From Octopus bimaculoides (taxonomy: Eukaryota): 63,835 bases of DNA. The translations under genes and the position numbers were made by a program. Each line of letters opens with the position of its first letter. Position 1 is the first letter of the stretch. The stretch covers positions 40,150,243 through 40,214,077 of the forward strand of contig NC_068988.1 in the NCBI RefSeq assembly GCF_001194135.2. The letters are read 5' to 3'. The notes beneath the pieces were generated by a model. That model was not told where the DNA came from. It ran no database searches and saw nothing but the letters and a program-made list of their open reading frames with translations. Below, piece after piece: positions 57,811-63,835 of this stretch.

Positions 57811-58870
57811 TTTGTATTTTAGATATGGCACTTAAAATTTTTAGGTTTCCATTTTGTAATTTACAACACTAATTCTAATACAAGAAAGAACACAACTATC
57901 CCTGCATCATGTTTTTATATAGAGAGAGTATGTTCTCATAGCCAATTAATGGGTTTTCATGACTTATCAACCTAACCCTGCAAATTTCCAATGGCGCTTG
58001 CATGTCGAGCAGTAAAATGCATAGCCAGTAAAATTGAGACGCTTAGTACCATTTTATTTTTTGCAAAAATTATTGAATAGAATTTATTTTATGCAGAAAA
58101 CACGATAATTACTGGAAAGTCATGTAGCAGCACAAAAGTAGACAGCGGCGTACATTTCATATGCATATGTGTGTCTGGAATGTATCTATGTGTGTGGTGG
58201 GGTGCGTACATGTGTTAAAATATGTACATGGGAGTATATACCTAAAACAACTACACAGTATATATTTTAGTTAATAAGTACGTCCGCATCTATGTGCATG
58301 TGTACATATTTAGTTATAATTATAGATTCTTTGGAGTGGAGTACTGATTTTATATAATAAGAAAAAGGAGCCAATCAGAATGTTGGATAAATTTAGAGAT
58401 TTTATCTCGTTTCAAATATTCATCGGGAGTAATTGTTTTATAGAAAATTTATGCATTTTATATAGATGTCGAGATGAAATGGGAAGAGAATGTTCTTTGA
58501 TAATTTGAATTTATGTGAGTGTATATATATATATATATGTATATCTGTGTGTGCGCGCGCGCGTGCATGTGTCAGTGTCTGTATGTATGTGTGTGTGTTG
58601 AATGTTTAGAGGTGCGGTTAGATTGTGAAAAAGAAAAGACAGAATGAAAGAAAGAAAAGGGTCTATTTCTTAAATGGCTGAAATTGCATTGTCTTTTTTG
58701 GTCAGTTATATGCTACTCAGCTTAAGAAAGGATTTTTCTGAGATGGTTCAAATTGATGATCGCGCAGGAGGTCAATGTTTTTTAGACGTCGTACTTTTCT
58801 TGTCAGTTTCATGTTATCCATCTGTAGAAAATTTGTTTTGAAGGTTTCTTTTGTGTGTGTGTGTTTAAGC

Positions 58871-58919
<49 letters not shown>

Positions 58920-60733
58920 TGTGTGTGTGTATATGTGTGTGTGTTGTTTGTTGATTGCTGAAGTGAATTTTTCCAGTTATTTTACTAACAGTAATGAGAA
59001 TATGATAATAAGCATTTCCCATATGTTCATTAATATATATTTTTATGTGCTTACTTTAAGTAAGAATTTTTGGATAAAATGTAGATCCATTCCCTTACAG
59101 GATTTGACGAATTCTTTTTGTTTGATGCATTGTCTGTGGATAGTTGCACTTTGGCAAAGGGGAGTATTGATTTCACCAATATAATTTGCTTTGCAATTGG
59201 AGTAGGTCACGCAGTATATAATCGCCTGGAAACTTCTGTAGTAATTTGATAAAAAGTAAAACTTTACCTATATTAAGGTATAGATTGAAACTGAAACATT
59301 ATAATTTTATGTAAAAAAAACATCTAAGTTATGTTATATGCACAAGATTAATGCAGGGATAAATATAAATATTAGTCATTTAACTAAATGCAAATACAAG
59401 TATTTTAATTATTTTTAGAAAATTAATAGAAACATATAGGTTTCGTGTTTCAGTACAAGCACAGCGACGAAATGGTTAAATGTATTGAAAATAACTCCTT
59501 TACAGTGCAATTTATAATTTTGGCGGAGACTACAGTAATCAATTTGTTTTAGTTATGGCTATCTTTGAAAATATTTTGTACAGAGCTTGTATCCATTTTT
59601 CTCATTTTTGTATTTAAGACAACAGAGATGAAATGATTTCAAGATCTATCGTGCAATTTGAGCTGCTATACAGAGGTTGTTGAATATGTAACAGAAATAA
59701 GAGAGAAAATAAGTAGGTGTTTGTGATAGCAATATCCCTAGTGTTCGTCATGGTCAGGTCATAGAAACTATCATAATCGTGGCTTTGTGCAAATGGACAG
59801 AGGAGGGAAGACAGAGAGGTAGTGGAATGCTTGATGGAACTGAAATTGCTGACATTGTTAGTATTACTGAAAGCAGCGCTATGTTAGAATCATTGCTTAG
59901 CTTCATGTCAGCTCTCATCAATAAGGACATTAATGATAATATTCCAGCCATGGAACATCGCATATTGTTTTAAGATAATATCCTGAATTGCAATAAATAA
60001 TGTGACCTTTGTTTTATTTCTACGGAGATAGTATCATGGCATACGTAAGAAGCAGAAGGATATTTTGTGTGACATTATATCGATTATGTCGATCCACTGA
60101 CCTTTGTTATTATTGTCGTATTGACCGTCATTGATTTAATGGTAGGGTGATAAATCTATTTAAAATAAATCATTGCTATTTCTCCATCTTTCTTCATTTC
60201 CCCTTCATAATTCTCGCCAACTATGTACATATACATATATAGCAAACATACATACATGTATGTATATGCAAGTCTATATGCATATGTGTATGTATATACA
60301 CATATGTATGCATACATATATCGTATCAGGACTATTACCCTCTCCCCATAGGACAATTCCTCCCGAAAACAACTACCCCTTAGGACAATTACACCCCCTT
60401 GGTTAACTACCTCCTCTCCAATATATTAAGAAATTTTCAATAATCATCTGTTGTTCCCAAGAACTGCTATGATCTTCCGCTTTCATTTTCCTGTTTTACT
60501 ATTTAATTCTATTTACACTTACGTTTGTATGACTACATTTTAAATGCTTTGATGACTTTAACAACAGCCCCTTTATACTTTATTTTATTATACTCTAACA
60601 GCTTAAGGCTTGTTTTGAATTCCTAAATCCTGACTCCTTTCTTACCTGTTACACGCCTATATTCGACGTATCTTTACCTACATGCATATGCTCTGTGTGA
60701 GCGTGTATATCAGTATGGATGTGCATGTACTTG

Positions 60734-60798
<65 letters not shown>

Positions 60799-61182
60799 CA
60801 GTATGGATGTGAATATATTTGTGCGTATGTGTAGGTCAGTGTGGATGTGTATATATTTGAGTGTGTATGTGTGTGTGTGTGTATTCTTTCCAATTCTTTT
60901 ATTCACTCTCCGACTTATCATTTTGCATTCTCTATATTATCCTTTTATTTCTGATTTTTTTTTAATATGTTTATTAATATTGTTCCTCAAAGCAAAGATT
61001 TCCTCGTCTAGTTATGATAAATGCTAATCCATAAATACAGCTTTTAATAGCTGTCAATATATAGAATACTATCTAATGCAGATGTAAAAATAAAATGACT
61101 TCCATAAATACATAAACCACAACAACACCAACAATAGCGACAACGTGATATAGAACGGAGAACAATATAGAAAAAAATTGAT

Positions 61183-61595
61183 AGGAGTGGCTGTGTGGTA
61201 AGTAGCTTGCTTACCAACCACATGGTACCGGGTTCAGTCCCACTGCGTGGCACCTTGGGCAAGTGTCTTCTACTATAGCCTCGGGCCGACCAAAGCCTTG
61301 TGAGTGGATTTGGTAGACGGAAACTGAAAGAAGCCCGTCATATATATGTATATATATATATATGTGTGTGTGTGTTTGTGTGTCTGTGTTTGTCCTCCTA
61401 GCATTGCTTGACAACCGATGCTGGTGTGTTTATGTCCCCGTCACTTAGCGGTTCGGCAAAAAGAGACCGATAGAATAAGTACTAGGCTTCCAAAGATTAA
61501 GTCCCGGGGTCGATTTGCTCGACTAAAGGCGGTGCTCCAGCATGGCCGCAGTCAAATGACTGAAACAAGTAAAAGAGTAAAAGAGTAAAAGAGAT
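61183..61595 (+). mobile_element. SINE family A, near-complete, with (gtaaaaga)n tail
   Basis: Well-preserved head and core, internal microsatellite, tail gaaacaagtaaaagagtaaaagagtaaaagag. Confidence 0.9.
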
Positions 61596-61938
61596 ATCAA
61601 TAATAACAACGATCCGACGATAATACGTAATCCTTTCTTTATCTAAAGCAACCTTTTAGCAATGCATGATATATAATTTTCTTTCGTGTTTTAATATCGT
61701 CAGGTGACTCTACTTAATCAATATATTGGATAAATCGATTGGAGAGCTCGGATTTTGTGAAGACTAATTGAGAAGTATAGCAGAGTTGAATAATGAAGCA
61801 AGTGTCAGGGAAGAAACTTGTTGTATATATTTATCGATGCCGTTAATATTATTAATAAGGTTGTTGCTACTGGTTGTTTGTTTAGTGTGTCAATCGTTGA
61901 TATTGTTGTAGTTATTGCCTTTGTCGTTGATGGTGTGA

Positions 61939-61970
<32 letters not shown>

Positions 61971-61994
61971 GCAGTAGTAGTAGTAGTAGTAGTA

Positions 61995-62192
61995 AATCTT
62001 CAGTTAAGAATAACCATGGGATTGCACCAAAAAAGGTTCCCCTCCGAGACACAAGTCCGGCCATACTAGCCGCTCCTCTCCACACCATCGATGGTATCCA
62101 AGGGAAAGCCAAAAGCCGATAGAATTTGGCACCCGAGACGACGCAATTCATTTCTACAGCTGAGTGAACTGGAGCAACGTGAAATAAAGTGT
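61995..62192 (-). mobile_element. SINE family C, 3' part with (CTA/TAA)n tail
   Basis: ccatgggattgcacc...ggagcaacgtgaaataaagtgtcttgct is the reverse complement of the 15679 copy. Confidence 0.75.
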
Positions 62193-62202
62193 CTTGCTGA
62201 AA

Positions 62203-62254
<52 letters not shown>

Positions 62255-62665
62255 CACAACAATATCGATATTTGTTACTATGAATGCTGTGCAAGGTGAC
62301 GAAATGATAGAAACAGTTAAGAAACGAAGTCAGGATATATTTCCAGATTCAGTTCGATCTGCTTTCCTGTGTCTTTCAGTATAAAGTTAGCATATTTGGC
62401 GAGTCAGTTTCCCTATCACTATTTACGTTTGAATTCATTTCAATTAATGTATCTTAATATACGCTATGAATATTCTGCTTCCCTTGTGTTCATCTACAGA
62501 ATAACTGAATATCAATGAAAAAGAAAGTAGTATTAAAAAGAAAGTATAGAGACTTAATTTTACCGTATCTACTTTGTCTTGTACTAAAAATACATGACGG
62601 CGTGTTTTCTCAGATTTGTTAACCAATACTACGAAATAGCAACAGTAATTAATTGCAACGTCTGG

Positions 62666-62742
62666 TATACTATAATACAATATAGCCTAGTATACTATAA
62701 TACAATATAGCCTATTATTATACTATAATACAATATAGCATG
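62666..62742. repeat. Minisatellite: 3 x about 25-28 bp tatactataatacaatatagc(ctag)
   Basis: Directly visible. Confidence 0.85.
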
Positions 62743-63349
62743 TAAGTTTATGATAATTGTTCACATGCTACATACAATTTAAATGAAAATTATGTACAAA
62801 TGTTTTGATATTCATGTATATGTATAAACTATAGCCCGGCTTTGCCCAGGATTAAGTTAGGATTATTAAGCTAATCAAGTTCTTTATTTCAAACCAAACT
62901 AAGTAACATCGATGTCAAATTTGAGCAGAATCAGTGTTGCAACTGGAGCGCATGGGTTGGGAGTTTGATCGGCAGAGGTGATCAGGTTACACATGCCAGC
63001 CCTTAGAAAACACCAGCGCCATCATCTAACCCCTCTTTACCCATGGGTTGGGAACCCTTCCAGCAAGGAAAATAGAATGCCCAAAAGGGCTCCCGATTCG
63101 CTGTGTCAGAAGTGGTTATGTTCAGATCACAACTAAGTCATAAGTATATGTGTATATATATAAATGGGCATCACACACACACACACACATACACACACGT
63201 ACGTACGTACACCAATTGGATACATATTTTTTGTGCGCATACATATTCGTATGTGTGTGTGTTGCCCATATATCATCAATAACTAGAATGAAGAAAGTGT
63301 TCGAGGGATAGAAATACATGTTGACACTAATAAACTTTCAACTATAGGC

Positions 63350-63520
63350 ACAACGCCTAAAATGTTGTGGGAGGGGAACTTGTCGATTACATCGATGGCA
63401 GTGTCCAACTGGTACTCATTTCATCAAATCCGAAATGATTAAAGGCAAAGTTGACCTTAGCGGAATTTGAACTCATAACGTAAGGACAGCCGAATGCACG
63501 AACATCGGAATTCTTACGAG
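63350..63520 (-). mobile_element. SINE family B copy
   Basis: gtcgattacatcgatggcag...ggtactcatttcatc...aaaggcaaagttgaccttagcggaatttgaactc. Confidence 0.7.
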
Positions 63521-63549
63521 CCACTTCCATCTGCACCAGCAAATGTATA

Positions 63550-63795
63550 GTTTTACTTTTATTTGTTTCGTCATTAGAATGTGTCCATGCGGGACACCGT
63601 CTCGACGAACTTTAGTCAAATGTATCGACCCCAGTACTTTATTTTTTAAAGTCAAGTACTTATTCTATCGACTACTTTTGCCGAAACGCTAAGTTACTGC
63701 GACGTAGACACATCAACACCGGTTGTCAAGTGGTGGCGGGAGAGCAAACATGGACAGAAAAGCACAGACATATGTGTATATATATATATATATAT
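63550..63795 (-). mobile_element. SINE family A, 3' half
   Basis: gtacttattctatcgactacttttgccgaaacgctaagttac...acaccggttgtcaag matches the reverse complement of 61400-61570. Confidence 0.75.
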
Positions 63796-63835
63796 ATAGA
63801 GTTATTAATATTTCTACTCTGCATTGACAAGGGGC

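Noticed and set aside
59754-59973. ORFs on both strands; weak resemblance to an RT ADD-motif region
   Set aside because: The similarity is too weak to call either an exon or a LINE.
62828-62945. Possible Helitron-like non-autonomous element start (atagcccggctttgcccagg)
   Set aside because: Only a short resemblance; no 3' hairpin or CTRR end could be identified.

Overview
AT-rich, microsatellite-dense eukaryotic scaffold with about a dozen large N-gaps, nearly all bordered by simple repeats or homopolymers. The SINE and repeat content suggests an octopus or related cephalopod; this is an inference, not shown by the sequence. Most ORF-track entries are microsatellite or gap artefacts. One real protein-coding gene can be assembled by hand on the + strand from six GT-AG exons: 16230-16577, 18242-18335, 22136-22270, 35308-35397, 38859-38988 and 45493-45577 (intron phases 0,1,1,1,2; 882 nt; 293 aa). 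It encodes a predicted type II membrane protein. The cytoplasmic tail carries a duplication-born YxxL-x7-YxxL (ITAM-like) motif and a DEDGY string. It is followed by one TM helix, a Cys-containing stalk and a C-terminal F-type lectin (FTP/fucolectin) domain with a non-canonical sugar-binding site. Other elements in the window: a full-length U6 snRNA pseudogene fused directly to a full-length SINE; a minimal type I hammerhead ribozyme motif of the Penelope-like kind; R4/Dong-like RLE retroelement fragments embedded in (TAA)n; an intronic bidirectional minisatellite rich in TTCN3GAA motifs; a tandem-plus-inverted SINE triplication; TTAA- and TA-target MITEs; and decayed mariner, hAT, RTE and L1/Tx1 remnants.
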